NCBI GenBank assembly: GCA_002633005.1
Contig: NMRA01000017.1
Span: 1,611,475 to 1,675,474, forward strand
Direction: 5' to 3'
Source: Phoronis australis
Taxonomy: Eukaryota; Animalia; Phoronida
Length of the DNA: 64,000 nucleotides
In this document: one piece after another, positions 52,601 through 62,222 of the stretch
How the letters are laid out: every line of letters starts with the position of its first letter
Numbering within the stretch: position 1 is the stretch's first letter
Notes under the pieces: model-generated
The model's database searches: none
What the model was told of the DNA's origin: nothing
The model's input: only the letters and a program-made list of their open reading frames with translations
Made by a program: the position numbers and the translations under genes

Positions 52601-55573
52601 GCTACAATTGTATTACTTTAAGCTATTTTCCGAAAGTTTGATGATCTAACCGGCGAACGACGTCGAGTAGCCATTAACCTACCTTTTGAACCTTCAATGC
52701 CAGAGGTCACTGTTGAAATAGCGCAGGAGGTGAATACGGAAAACATTACATGGCCATATTTCCTCGACAGATTCAACGCGTATGGGATAAAATCTTGTTC
52801 ATTGAGAATCTCACTTGGTGAGATTTTTGAACTGAAGATAATTTCATAAACTTCACTTGCTTACCAGGTGTTTTTGCCTTTCATAGTATTTATTGTTTAA
52901 CCTTACCTCCATATACTCCAGACCCTGGATTTTATAGTTTTATTCCAATAAACTTCTTCAATGTATTACATATTAGCCTAATCCCAAGATGTGAGTTACG
53001 GTACTAAGTTATGGAAATAAAACTGCACACGTTTTCCCGAATGCGAATGAAGACGTCTCAAGTCAAGATTACCTACCTAGAATCTTCAGAAAACTTGTTC
53101 CTGAACACAACACTGTCAGTAGCTTCAACATGATGAATTTCCTTTGATGGAGATATTTTCATGACCTGTCAAAGACATCGCATATCTGTAATAACTAAAT
53201 GCAAGTCATTTAACATTCATTTGAAAAACTGAAAAGTTTGGGATAAACTACATTAAGCTAATTTAAAAACAGTTTCGCAAAATTGTCTGCGAAACCTAAA
53301 TTCAATTTCCGCAGTCGTAATTCATGCTGCAGTTACACAAAAAACTCTTGACAAGCAATGACTTGAAAAGATGCGAGTTGATCGCTGTCAGCAATTGATA
53401 TACTTACCAGAAGCCGTGTCACTCTACACATAGTTGGAGTTTGAGATCAGTTAGATTTTAGACCCAGGAATTTTTTATTAAATTCATATTGATTTCACAA
53501 TAAATAAGAAAGGTCATTTTGGGAAATATTGTTCACACTTTGTACATTGTCTGACCTAGGCAACTAGCTACCTGTTCATGTTTTTTCTCTGCTTGTTCAT
53601 GACTATGATGAAAACGCTGGAGTGTGATTCCATTCTCGAAGTTACGTTCTGCAAAATACTTGTTCTCTCTTGTGCCCGCATGGTCAGTTTCATTAGCAGC
53701 ATATGACCACACTTTTTCAGGATCCGACTGCAATATAAAAACAACCTAATATACATGGTTATTCCTTATTAGCAGGGCACTCGACATAACGAGCTGCAGG
53801 TGCACTTGCAACCTGAAATTTGAAAATGCTACCTGAGATTTTTGCCAGCTCGTATCAAGTTGCAAAATGCAACCTGGAATTTCCAACATATGTGAGCTGA
53901 GTTTTTAAAGTTCTCCGAAAATGCCTGTCAATTATAAAGCAACTTGTGTGAATCCGACCATTATTTGGTTGTTGCCAAATCAAGTTCAACAGAACACTAA
54001 CCGAGAACAGCCCTACCGATGGCAGCTGTCGTCTTAACATGGAATAATGTAGAATCGAACTTTGGCGCATTTCATTGGCTAACACTTTCAGCTACTTGAG
54101 CAAATTTTCGAATGTGCCGAAGAAAGTTTCGGACCACAGCATAACAACTGATAAAGCATCACAAAACAGCACTGTTTCTACTAAATCTGATTAACTTACC
54201 AAACTTTGTAGTGGAAAAACATATTTATTTTTCATGCAAGCTGTCCTATTATCCAATATCCATGATAACATCCCAGATATATTGCACTGCAGCACTGGTC
54301 AGTCCAGTTGAAACGATCATGACTTGAAAGTGTGTGCCTCATTTTTTATAACAAAAGACAACCGTTAAAATGACAGCCATATTAATCGCCAAATGACAAC
54401 CACGTCTTTACTTTCAGCAAATTAGTAGTTTTTGAGCAGCCATTCTCAAGCCCAATATTTTGTTTCTGGGGGTACCTGCACGACATATGAGTCGTCTGTC
54501 ACATGTTGTTGCCAACATAAAGGGTATACGCCTAAGCCAGAGATTCAAGTGCTTGAACTCGTGCACACCACTCCAAAGCTGCACATTAAAAGAGAACAGC
54601 GGCAATTCTAAATGAAAGAGTATACCGCCTTGGCTCTGTCAAGCACCCCTGGGTGCCAGTGGTTTATTTGACAATGAACTTAATTATTGGCCTCCCAGGT
54701 AACTTGTCTGTTTGGTAACCTACAAATCACTTGCAAACTTACTTGTTTTTCAACAGTATAGGTACTAGCTAATCTGACAGAATCAGCAAAATTGTCTTTT
54801 TGGATGTTTGGAAAATCATAGCATTCTTGATTTGTATATTTGATGAATCATGCACACAGCTATTTAGCAAACTAGTACTTGATAGTTTGTCTATTTGTTA
54901 AACCACTTCTTAATATCTTCTTCTTCTTCTTGATTTAAGTGAACACACTCTCTCCAGGGTATTATGTCAATGGAAGATCAACAAAAATGAGAACAACTAT
55001 AACAGGTTTAAAAGGATGCATACATACACAGTGGATGTCACTTCAGAGGCCGGTTAACATAGTTAGGTCATTTACAGATATGACAGTCAGTAAGCGGGTG
55101 CCCCAAATGGAGGCACCCCACTACGTTACTTCAGAAAGGCAGATAGCTTGCTAACAAAGATATCAAGATAAGGGACTGATGTAATGTATCCCGGCAAGCT
55201 ATTCTAGTCCACGACTGTTCAAGGAAAGAATATCTTTTTTCTGTTTCCATTTATTAGAATACTAGTTGGCAGTGTTATCTATTTTGAACCTTTTTGCTGC
55301 ATGCCCATAGTTTGAAACAGGCACGATATATCAGACTATTACCCGGAAGTGTATTGCTAAAGTGCTAGTGGTGGATGGAAATTTAGTGAAATGTTGTTGG
55401 CTGCATGAATCATCATTCACCACATTTACCAGGCGCATGTGCTCTAGCTCACCTGAACGCGAACAGAGAACACTCCTGATATAGCCTTCTTCAAGTTGAT
55501 CAGCTCGAATTCATCATCTTTATGGTGATGAACAAAAGTGATCTCACCTAACCAGTTCCGTTGGAACAGAAAT
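10566..55573 (-). CDS. Multi-exon gene (15 exons recovered, partial at both ends) for a large-lipid-transfer (vitellogenin/MTP/apolipophorin-like) domain protein
   Basis: Exons 55573-55453, 53727-53572, 53165-53077, 49357-49311, 39329-39275, 38482-38416, 31924-31840, 31283-30997, 28470-28416, 25744-25604, 24433-24210, 16709-16579, 12007-11826, 11509-11364, 10686-10566 all have AG/GT boundaries and join in frame without stops. Motifs FLFQ..GEITFV....DD....NLKKAISGVF, NETDHAG, LTLGALV and LIEALGNTG resemble Vitellogenin_N/MTP. Confidence 0.85.
10793..10868. repeat. 19-bp minisatellite (cattgtgttgccaaacatt) x4
   Basis: Direct tandem copies. Confidence 0.9.
11364..11509 (-). CDS. LLT gene exon: (K)PLSGFFEIDIYNHAYVKALLGFLG...YDLNVLK
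   Basis: ctttcag/gtgaat; phase 1->0. Confidence 0.87.
11826..12007 (-). CDS. LLT gene exon: (A)EKYTYPVVMQSRSKRSLAD...IGASFGLTIRNRMELQL
   Basis: atccag/gtatgt; ORF 11806..12120; phase 2->1. Confidence 0.87.
12451..15551. mobile_element. ~3.1-kb TA-flanked TIR DNA transposon (Tc1/mariner/pogo-like, non-autonomous, with nested fragments)
   Basis: Perfect inverted ends tacggtaaagtcgcgtgattttcggac / gtccgaaaatcacgcgactttaccgta. Confidence 0.85.
12924..13413. other. Assembly gap
   Basis: N run. Confidence 1.
16579..16709 (-). CDS. LLT gene exon: SAAVLMDIALNDYYDTVREQAYKLYVNHPQ...DMVF
   Basis: atgtag/gtaagt; 'VR..AY' helix-repeat motif; phase 0->2. Confidence 0.87.
17855..18491. repeat. Diverged inverted repeat, ~185-bp arms (17855-18038 / 18308-18491), inside a repeat element with tgcggaa..ttccgca palindromes
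   Basis: ttctattctcaataac...gaaccttaacgcaagcca vs tggcttgtgttaaggttc...gttattgagaatagaa. Confidence 0.8.
20251..20600 (+). mobile_element. Fragment of the TA[C/T]CGTA TIR family (related to 38510-39063 and 47400-47765)
   Basis: tactgtattggctctaataa..gcttagaaaaaat and aaatttacgct(t/c)tgtgacg shared. Confidence 0.6.
21850..22927. mobile_element. MITE-like element with CTCACT/AGTGAG sub-terminal repeats (EnSpm/CACTA-like); partial copies at 37740-38149 and 49700-49900
   Basis: Left end ccttatgaaaaa; the other copy ends tttttcataaggg; agtgag repeats on the left, ctcact on the right. Confidence 0.6.
22960..23340 (-). mobile_element. Penelope-like retroelement GIY-YIG remnant
   Basis: Reverse strand TLRSLLVHPKD...CSDCNATDVSETARNLG. 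Confidence 0.7.
23560..24100 (+). mobile_element. Penelope-like retroelement GIY-YIG remnant
   Basis: TLRRPLVHSKDK..CSVIYKI...DCNSSYVGEAARNLSTGIQEH. Confidence 0.8.
24210..24433 (-). CDS. LLT gene exon: (S)TMEHASHRIRRSV...LIEALGNTGHPRAL...WYTCRQ
   Basis: ttaaag/gtatgt; 'ALGN.G' LLT alpha-helical motif; ORF 24123..24428; phase 1->0. Confidence 0.9.
24835..25090 (+). repeat. Near-identical ~130-bp tandem duplication within a Penelope-like fragment
   Basis: tcatgttggtttatctggtcttgatgcag...gttcaggttct occurs twice. Confidence 0.85.
25604..25744 (-). CDS. LLT gene exon: (G)THNNTKQTHRACLTLGALVK...WLRTNDG
   Basis: ttttcatcag/gtaagt; 'ACLTLGALV' helix motif; phase 1->1. Confidence 0.88.
27020..28320. 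mobile_element. HINE-like element copy
   Basis: caagag..gcgtcgaaatgcgc end; array; ggac tract; ccacacataaatatgtaggtgcat hairpin. Confidence 0.75.
28416..28470 (-). CDS. LLT gene small exon: ETIKVVRELCVGKQNEYH
   Basis: ttttttgtttccag/gtaaag; phase 0->1. Confidence 0.82.
28545..29995 (-). mobile_element. Degenerate RNase H-containing non-LTR retrotransposon (I/R1/LOA-like) 3' part
   Basis: VCYTDGSKLENGQTGAGIY; HWVG..IDGNENADRVAK; C-terminal CPEC..HLVESCPAF zinc knuckle. Confidence 0.85.
30997..31283 (-). CDS. LLT gene exon: (Y)APNRTECVHNLR...IDLLAQMGAPEIQ...GLKEPHE
   Basis: ttactag/gtacgt; alpha-helical domain-like 'DLLAQMG' motif; overlaps ORF 30973..31239; phase 1->0. Confidence 0.9.
31840..31924 (-). 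CDS. LLT gene exon: APPKMVSLSNASSEIDSLIGCIRNHTNK
   Basis: tgacag/gtaaat; phase 0->1. Confidence 0.8.
32393..36310. mobile_element. Head-to-tail/nested cluster of HINE-like elements
   Basis: Termini at 32393, ~32773 and 34455; hairpin ends at ~34035-34061 and 36031-36061. Confidence 0.8.
35947..36012. repeat. Expanded (GGAC)-based microsatellite with 15-bp unit ccggacggacgtcgg
   Basis: Direct reading. Confidence 0.9.
37020..37730 (-). mobile_element. CR1/L2-like LINE 3' end with (TAAA/AAT)n tail
   Basis: ARIILG..; MYKCFKGLVPSYL; YNTRSS..LPK..GKKSFSYSGPFLWNSLP. Confidence 0.85.
38160..38370 (-). mobile_element. RNase H LINE fragment
   Basis: Similar to 29330-29500 (YTGSSE..; LGNFATVFQAEVTA). 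Confidence 0.6.
38416..38482 (-). CDS. LLT gene exon: (I)RFRRHSMEIHDDLRMDSILTSL
   Basis: tttttatcag/gtaagg; phase 2->0; acceptor is a CAGTAG tandem (NAGNAG). Confidence 0.78.
38510..39063 (+). mobile_element. TA-flanked TIR element (TACCGTA...TACGGTA) carrying a HIRAN-like pseudogene fragment
   Basis: TIRs taccgtattcgccctaataa / ttattagtgcaaatacggta; NLFDKY..IGHIPRKIS../FLKFG..KCIVT..GLQI. Confidence 0.75.
39275..39329 (-). CDS. LLT gene small exon: (E)VPVISTSSRVKVVLKDK
   Basis: ctttgcag/gtaagt; phase 1->2. Confidence 0.75.
40030..42990. mobile_element. Two tandem HINE-like elements (40030-41413, 41553-42990)
   Basis: Same termini, ~440-bp array and hairpin. Confidence 0.8.
43525..44719 (-). 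mobile_element. hAT-superfamily element with TTF-type zinc finger remnant and 5-bp TSD
   Basis: TIR cagggctcgacat/atgtcgagccctg; AAATA duplication; KRKREF...W.EGFDWLRCDSDNKMCC...GSDVFR. Confidence 0.8.
45190..45465 (-). mobile_element. RNase H LINE fragment
   Basis: PGNERADDL motif. Confidence 0.55.
45474..48535 (+). mobile_element. Kolobok-type DNA transposon with degenerate THAP domain
   Basis: TTAA on both sides; TIR aggagaatgccaccc / gggtggcattctcct; THAP remnant at 45647-45950. Confidence 0.82.
45647..45950 (+). pseudogene. Degenerate THAP zinc-finger coding sequence
   Basis: MVRCIVP.C...ISFFHF..PKWL...RHF...RLRLKSDVVPSV across frameshifts. Confidence 0.75.
49311..49357 (-). CDS. LLT gene small exon: (R)APLPGEFVINDKMTG
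   Basis: gtttcag/gtaagt; phase 2->1, exactly bridging its neighbours. Confidence 0.75.
50168..50510 (+). repeat. ~190-bp tandem duplication with acidic (GAT/GAA-rich) content
   Basis: acacttggcgaaattaa...aagaaatag(g/a)ctgcagtctt occurs twice. Confidence 0.8.
50600..51428. mobile_element. Second HINE-like family (aaaatggcg(g/c)c motifs, terminal hairpin)
   Basis: acttgtcggaattc..gaattccgccaagtaa terminal inverted repeat. Confidence 0.5.
51684..52792. mobile_element. Crypton-like non-autonomous element
   Basis: Left hairpin catgaaataatatcccac..gtgggatatcatttcatg; tttatcccatacgc (51838) inverted to gcgtatgggataaa (52778); minus-strand remnant GIFAGAVIDGGTFNIF. Confidence 0.6.
53077..53165 (-). 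CDS. LLT gene exon: VMKISPSKEIHHVEATDSVVFRNKFSEDS
   Basis: tgacag/gtaggt; phase 0->2. Confidence 0.8.
53572..53727 (-). CDS. LLT gene exon: SDPEKVWSYAANETDHAGTRENKY...EKKHEQ
   Basis: ttgcag/gtagct; E-x-D-x-x-G motif typical of LLT N-sheet; phase 0->0. Confidence 0.85.
53773..54650. mobile_element. hAT-like non-autonomous element (CAGGG termini)
   Basis: cagggcactcgaca / tgtcaagcacccctg; internal sequence shared with 8160-8830. Confidence 0.55.
55453..55573 (-). CDS. LLT gene exon: FLFQRNWLGEITFVHHHKDDEFELINLKKAISGVFSVRVQ
   Basis: ttgcag acceptor, gtgagc donor; N-sheet-like 'N.KKAISGVF' motif; phase 2->0. Confidence 0.88.
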
Positions 55574-55607
55574 CTGCAAAGATAATACTGTAGTATCTAC
55601 ACAGCAC

Positions 55608-55683
55608 CACAGGCGTCCTCAGCTTCTGATTGTCCCCAATTATATAATGTATTATGAATGATCAGAAGCCGAGGACGCCTGTG
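55608..55683. mobile_element. 76-bp hairpin mini-MITE
   Basis: cacaggcgtcctc(a)gcttctgat / atcagaagc(c)gaggacgcctgtg; flanked by (c/t)acagcac duplication. Confidence 0.75.
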
Positions 55684-57059
55684 TACAGCACACAGATAAT
55701 GATACACCGACACTACACGTTCAGTTCACGACACAAGTTGTCATGCTCAGGGGCGACAGTGGGTACATCCCACAAAAAGTTATGAATTTCAAAATACAGG
55801 AAATCAAATCAAATGAAACATGCATGTATGTACATGGAATTATAATAAACACATACCATTAAGTCAGGAGACGACTCAGTCAAGATAAATTGAACAAATC
55901 CATGAAAATCTGTCGCGGTTTGCTCGATCGAGTTTCTTATCGCCGGGCGGGTGCCATTTTGAGGAAGTTACGTGAAAATCACGTATGTTGACGAATAAAA
56001 AGTCCAAGGGACATGCACAAAACTTAAACTTCACCTTTCCACGCTATTTTGCCAGTGTCCATAGACATCACAGTATTAACTTAAGATGTCTATGCGGTCA
56101 CGCCTCAGCGTCAAGCGCTTTGCCCAGTTTCGGCGCGCTAACTAAGCCCTTGCCTAACTCATTTGAAATGATGGGAAGTATTGTAGCCCCTAACCGGCCG
56201 TCACTGAAGCTAGTGAGGGGCTACGTGTTACCTAATGCCCTACACAGCTGAAGGTCCAGGCGTAAGTTCGGTACTGAGGACCTAGCGCTAAACTCTAACT
56301 TACGTCACGTGTTCTCACTTAAAATACACGGAAATATCTCAGTAATTTCGCGAAGTTCTGCTGTTTAGCGTGGTCCTAGCGTTACTGAACGAGAGGCAGG
56401 ACTTTTCACCACTTGGTGAATCAAATGGATATCAACAAAAAGAATGGGGGGAATGTGTGTTAGTTTTCTGCCATTAACCAAATCAAAGAAACAGCAAACG
56501 GTTTTACCGGTTAGGGTACGTATTTCACCGACCCCTTTTTACCTAACTCTAAAAACAACAAATCAAATCGTCTGTTACTTTCTACTCTTACTATTTTTAC
56601 CAAACGATGTCATGTGACCCCGACTCGCTGGTTCCCTGCGTACCGCTAGGTGAGTCAGCACGCACACAGAAAGTTTTTCATAGGCGGATTTAGGGGGGGC
56701 CCAGGGGGTCCGCCCCCCCCCCCCCCCCTTGGCTGCCGCAAAAAAAAAAACAGTAAGAGCGTAGGGAAATGGTGAGTTTATTAATTAACCTCGGTAACTA
56801 AAATTATATGGATGAAGAAAGATTTAAATGTGTGCAGTTTTAGTGTTTGGGGGGAAGGGGACAAAGGGGCCATGCCTCCCCCCTAAAATTGTCACAGATT
56901 ACATTTGGCAGTTCGGGATCCGCATTGTTGACTAGCATATGTGCACACCCAGGGCGGCTCCCGGAACGAATGCACAATGCATAGGCCTTGAACAAACCCC
57001 GTTTTTTGTTTTTTGGTAATAATTAAGGTCCACAAACCCAAAAATTCGAGATGCCCTAC

Positions 57060-58185
57060 ACATCACGGCGTTTTCCCGTTGCTCCCAACTTGTTCGATTC
57101 TATAGCCCAACAACAAGTTGGGAAGTTTACCCCTGTAGTCAATATGTAGTGATTACTACTCCATTCTGGCATTCGTTGTTGGAGGGCCAGCTCTCTTTTG
57201 TTCGATAATTGCTCTTATCATCAAAAAGATTGTATCTACCCTGACTCGGCTGTGCTTTTAGAAATAAAAGTTAAGTTATAACATATTTGAACAGTCTAAT
57301 GGTGATCACGTTTAATTTTCGAATCGCCAAAATCGTCCAACTGCAACCCGTACGATAATCTATTCTTTTTGAATGTACCAATTCGCTCTGGGTTTGATGG
57401 TGTTCCCACGTGGTCTGTAATACGCCTGTTAGATAATTGGCCTGCCTGTTGTCATAACAGATAAAAGACTTTGCTTTTGGCAGTTAACAATGAAGCTAGA
57501 TGTTATCACACTCGATCAGAACCCCCTTCGTCTGGTAAAGCTACTGAATAGGGAAACGCTGTCATGTGGTTATCCTTGAGCCCTGCCCCTCCCCCCTCCC
57601 CAACTCAGCTGGATTCGCCCCTGGTATGAATAACACATGGGTACTGCGACAGATGTGTGTGCATTGTAGCCCATTACGACATTTTCCCGTTGCCCCCAAC
57701 TTGTTCGATTCTATAGCCCAACAACAAGTGGGGAAGTTTACCCCTGCAGCCAATATCTTACACGACTGATTAACTCCATTCTGGCACTTATGGTTGGAGG
57801 GCCAGCTCTCTTTTGTTCGATCAAATTGCTCTAATCTCCATTAAGATCGTATCTACCCTGACTGGGCTGTGCTGTTAAAAATAAAAGTTAGGTTATAACA
57901 TATTTGAACATAAAACAATAGCATTTCTGAAATCTTCGTCAAATGATGATCATGTTTAGTTTTTGAACCAATAAAATCGCCAAACTGCAACCGAAGTTAC
58001 GACAATCTATTGTTTCCGAATACACCAATTCACTCTGACTTTGACTGTGTTCACAGGTGGTCTGTAATAAGCCTGGTAGATAAGTGGCCTGCTTGTTGTC
58101 ATAACAGACAAAAGAGTGTGCTTGGAAGTTAACAAAGAAGCTAGATGTTATTACACTTTCAAAACCTCCTGTACCTCTGGTAAAG
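57060..58185 (+). repeat. Diverged ~500-bp direct duplication (57060-57565; 57675-58185, continuing at 59323-59350)
   Basis: ttttcccgttgc.cccaacttgttcgattctatagcccaacaacaag... repeated. Confidence 0.85.
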
Positions 58186-59322
58186 GACCTGGTGTTAGAG
58201 ATATTAGTATCGAAAACCTTCATAAAGAGACTGGTATAATGAAAATTCACACAAGACATCAATTCCTATCTGCTTGTTGTATGTACAAATGTTTTAAAGG
58301 TCTTGTCCCATCTAACTTATGTGCTAAGTTTAAGATGACTACTAATCGCTACAATGCTAGGTTCTCATCATCATCTGATTCCAATTTTCCTAAACGCAGA
58401 AGCGAGACTGGGAAAAATCATTTTTCTACAGCGGGCCCCTTTTATGGAACTCTCTCTCTCTCTCTCTCTGCAGATGCCAAATCTACATCATCCTTTCTAA
58501 CCTTTAAAAGAAATATAAGAAATAGATTTAACACCATGTATTGTCTAAGAATTGCATGTTTATTCATTTGTTATTTATACAATGTCTTACTTTTATTAAT
58601 TATTTATTGTCTGCTTTAATTTCATATTTATATTTTTTATTTTTAGTTAATTATCTTGTTTTAATTTCTTTATTTTTTATTTATCATATTTTATTTTTAT
58701 TTTGCTTCATCAGTCTTTCCATATTAATTTCTTATTCTTTGCTTATTACTTAAATTTGTCTTTCATTGTGTAATTCTGTTTTTGTCTTACTATCTGTTTA
58801 TTTTTTACTGAGGGCCCCCATGGAAAGCATTGTGAACTGATGGGGCTACCCTCATTGTAAATATTACATTAATAAATAATAAATAAATAAACTGTAGTCT
58901 CGTCTAGTTTTTTATGTGCCCACATATTTATTTGTGGACCCATTATGCCTTGACCACCATACGGCGGCCGGCCGCTGTCCGGTCGCTGTCTGCTGCTCTT
59001 TCTCCAAAACCCTTTGATGTATGTTCATGAAATTTTGAGTACATGTTCCTTTCTTGTATGGTACGGCATGAGCTAATTTGTGGATGGATCTAACAACTGG
59101 TGAGTCCCCTAGTGGCAATTTTATTTTTTTTTGACGTTTTCCTCTTCAAAGGTCCTTGATCGATCTCTTAAACTTTGGCATATAAGTATCTATTAAAGAG
59201 ATGATGCTATATTCCCGTGTTTGGACGTATTCAAGGTATTTTAATAGTCTCTAAAACTGTCTAATTTATTTAACCCTGAGGGGCTACCGTCATTACATTA
59301 ATAAAAAATAATAAATAATAAA
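58186..59322 (+). mobile_element. CR1/L2-like LINE 3' end plus transduced HINE flank (inverted copy of 36595-37690)
   Basis: High reverse-complement identity over ~1.1 kb; second LINE-type tail at 59277-59322. Confidence 0.85.
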
Positions 59323-61859
59323 AAGTCACTGAACGGGAAAACGCTGTCACGTATTGCTTCAAACTTCAAGCACGCGGGTAAATTAAGTCTAGTGTAGAAA
59401 TGAAATATTTGCTGTCACGCCACTTAATTGCATGACGAGGCTAAAAATCGTTCCTCGTCCGCCATTATCTTTCTTTGTTGTAAAGCTTGCAATGATTGCC
59501 GAGATAGGCTACACACAGCCCCTCGGTTGGCTGGTTTACTAGGGGCTACAATACTTCCCATCGCTATCTGTACTTGTTTCGTCCAGTGTATTTTACTAAA
59601 ACAGGCGGTAAACAAAATCCGCTCGCCCCTTAAGAGTTTTCACCTCGCCAAAATACATTATACACTTAAAACTATCACTAGAAACGCTTATTCATACTGC
59701 AGCAAACCTTGGTGAAAATCAGCCAGTTTAGGAAACACTTTATTGCCCCAAGTTTACTGCCCGTCTATTATTTGGAATCCAATGCACTGTGTATGACTAT
59801 TGTCCAGTTCAGCAGAAGATAACTGACTTTCAGGGTACTTAACTTTCTCTGGTCAAGAGGTCAGTCACAACTGTTGCTATTATTGTGAAACAATGTGCAT
59901 ACTACATTTCTTGTGAATAACCTCACCAGGAAGCATGTTCTTTTGGTCAAATTTTGTGCATAATTACAGACTTGTACTCAGAAAAGGTACACGTTTTCTG
60001 AAAATAGAAAGATAGTATAATTCAACTTTTTACTCAACACAAATCCGTCTTAAAATGAACATGTTTTTTACTAAAACTTAGCAAAGAAACAATGTTGCAG
60101 GAAAGATAAAGTATTATCAGCAAGGCCAAATTTCATTTCACATAAATATTTATGAATAGATCTCAGTTTTAAAATATCCTTTTTTATTTTGTGCAGCTTT
60201 TTAAGATGAAAACTGATATTTTCATAAAATTCATTCAATTAAAGCCTCAATTTTTTACAGTATCTTATTCAAAAACACGCCCTTTTAAAAAATCAGTCTG
60301 GAAAACAACGTAAACAGCACAGCATCTGTTTCATTTGAGTCCGATAAGCTGTTATTGAGATACCAAGTTGGCAAAATTTTGAAATTTTCATCACTCATAA
60401 CCATAAAGTAAGACATCAACTTTTAACCTGGAGGTAAAGGTTAATATCGAATTAAGTACATGAACAGCTAAACTGTTAATCGCACGTAAATTTGGATTGA
60501 AAACTCCGCTTAAAAAAGAAAGACAAGAGGTTGTTTTAAAATATTTTATTTAAAGTAAGTTTTTACAAACATAACAAAAAGTGAGCTTTATAGATAATCC
60601 AGAACATCACTTTCCATATCACTGTGAAGACAGCTATATACACAAAGTAATAAAAATATAATAGTGGTTAAAATCCCTACTTAATACGGACATAAACAAA
60701 AGCAGACAAGTAAATATTCGCAGGCGAATATGTCGAAGCTGTCCAAAATGACCAGGTACCAATATCCTAAAGGCACAGTGTCACACGACGGCATAAAAAT
60801 AAGATTTTATTAGGGTTGCTATACAGTTACTAACTACTATGTATCACACTATGAATTACAGGTAGAACTTCAAATGGAAATTTGGATGTCTAGGCGGAAG
60901 GGCATCCACGGTCTCTCTGGAATAGTAATGCCGCAAAATGTCTGGCATATAAAGTACATAAATCAGGTAACTTGGTCTACAAAATATGATCGCCAGTAAG
61001 AAGACCTGCATCATCACCATATCAGATTCGTTCAACCAATATTGCATAGCTAATCAATGCAAAAGGACAAATAACATTTATATCCGTGAGGTCAGGAAAC
61101 AATTGGCCCACAGCTACAAGTGCTCCTGTTTCATGAAAGTTTACTAAGTCTAGAAAATTCTATTATTGGCATGATGTCATCATCACTATTCAACAAGCTA
61201 TTATGTCATTATATCAGAGTCAAACCATAGCCTATTACAATGATCTATGGGTCAACAAGAACTTCAACTGAGTTTGAACTATTGTGATTCCGTCGTCTTT
61301 CATGACGAAAATTTAGGTTTGTTAGAAATGAAAAGTTCCAAGATTTTGGAATCGTAAATTAATAATATTGTGTCAATATAATTCAGACACTACTGTTAAA
61401 CTGAGATAATTTATACGCCTAAACGTGCAGAATTACCCCACACTTGGCGCAGTCATACTGTTCACTAAATAGCCCGGGTGTAGCAGCTCCCGGCACCTGT
61501 TCCAGCCATGGGCGAAGCGTACCTCCGTCCCCCTCCGGTTTGGTACCCGAGTTCGGGTTAGGTATACGGCGGACAGCACTTGTAAGTAGTCATGCACATC
61601 ATTCATTTCATATCTACTTTATTTCGTGTGTCCCTGTGGACGGGTATAAGCTGTCTTACAGCATATCTTGTGGCGCTTTTTATTGCCCATTTTACCTGAG
61701 GCAAAGGTTATGATTTTTTATTCACTATTTTTACTTGTAATTGTAATTGTAATTGTATTAGTCACATTAAATTACCTTATATCGCCTACCTTATCTTATC
61801 ATCTCTGGTAACGAGCTTGCGACGGAACGTTTGTCGATTGTGAAATCTAACGAGCTACC

Positions 61860-61979
61860 TGTAGTAGAATAGTGGAGAATAACTCGACTTAGTAGCAGCG
61901 TTGTGTTGTGTTGTGGACAGTCTCGGTCCGTCAATGAGATGGTTGTATTCAGTAACTAAGTGTGGAACACTCAATTACA
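61860..61979 (-). repeat. LTR copy of the BEL/Pao element
   Basis: First 56 bp identical to 63945-64000; TG...CA bounds, right bound approximate. Confidence 0.7.
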
Positions 61980-62222
61980 CTAGTAAAGCAACTGGCAGTA
62001 GCAAGATGAGGACTGTCTTTATTAGACAAGTGAACCGATTTATATACAAGTCACAAATAGGTGGGTTGCATGCACTAAACTTTATGATTCAATATTCTAC
62101 AGGAAAATAACAGGAAGCAACTCTAAAACTTTCACAACAATCATCTGAACTACTCTGTTGTGTTTGCCATATATGGTAATGGTCAGCTGTCTTTAGGCAA
62201 TGTTTCTGTGAATGACCATTAC

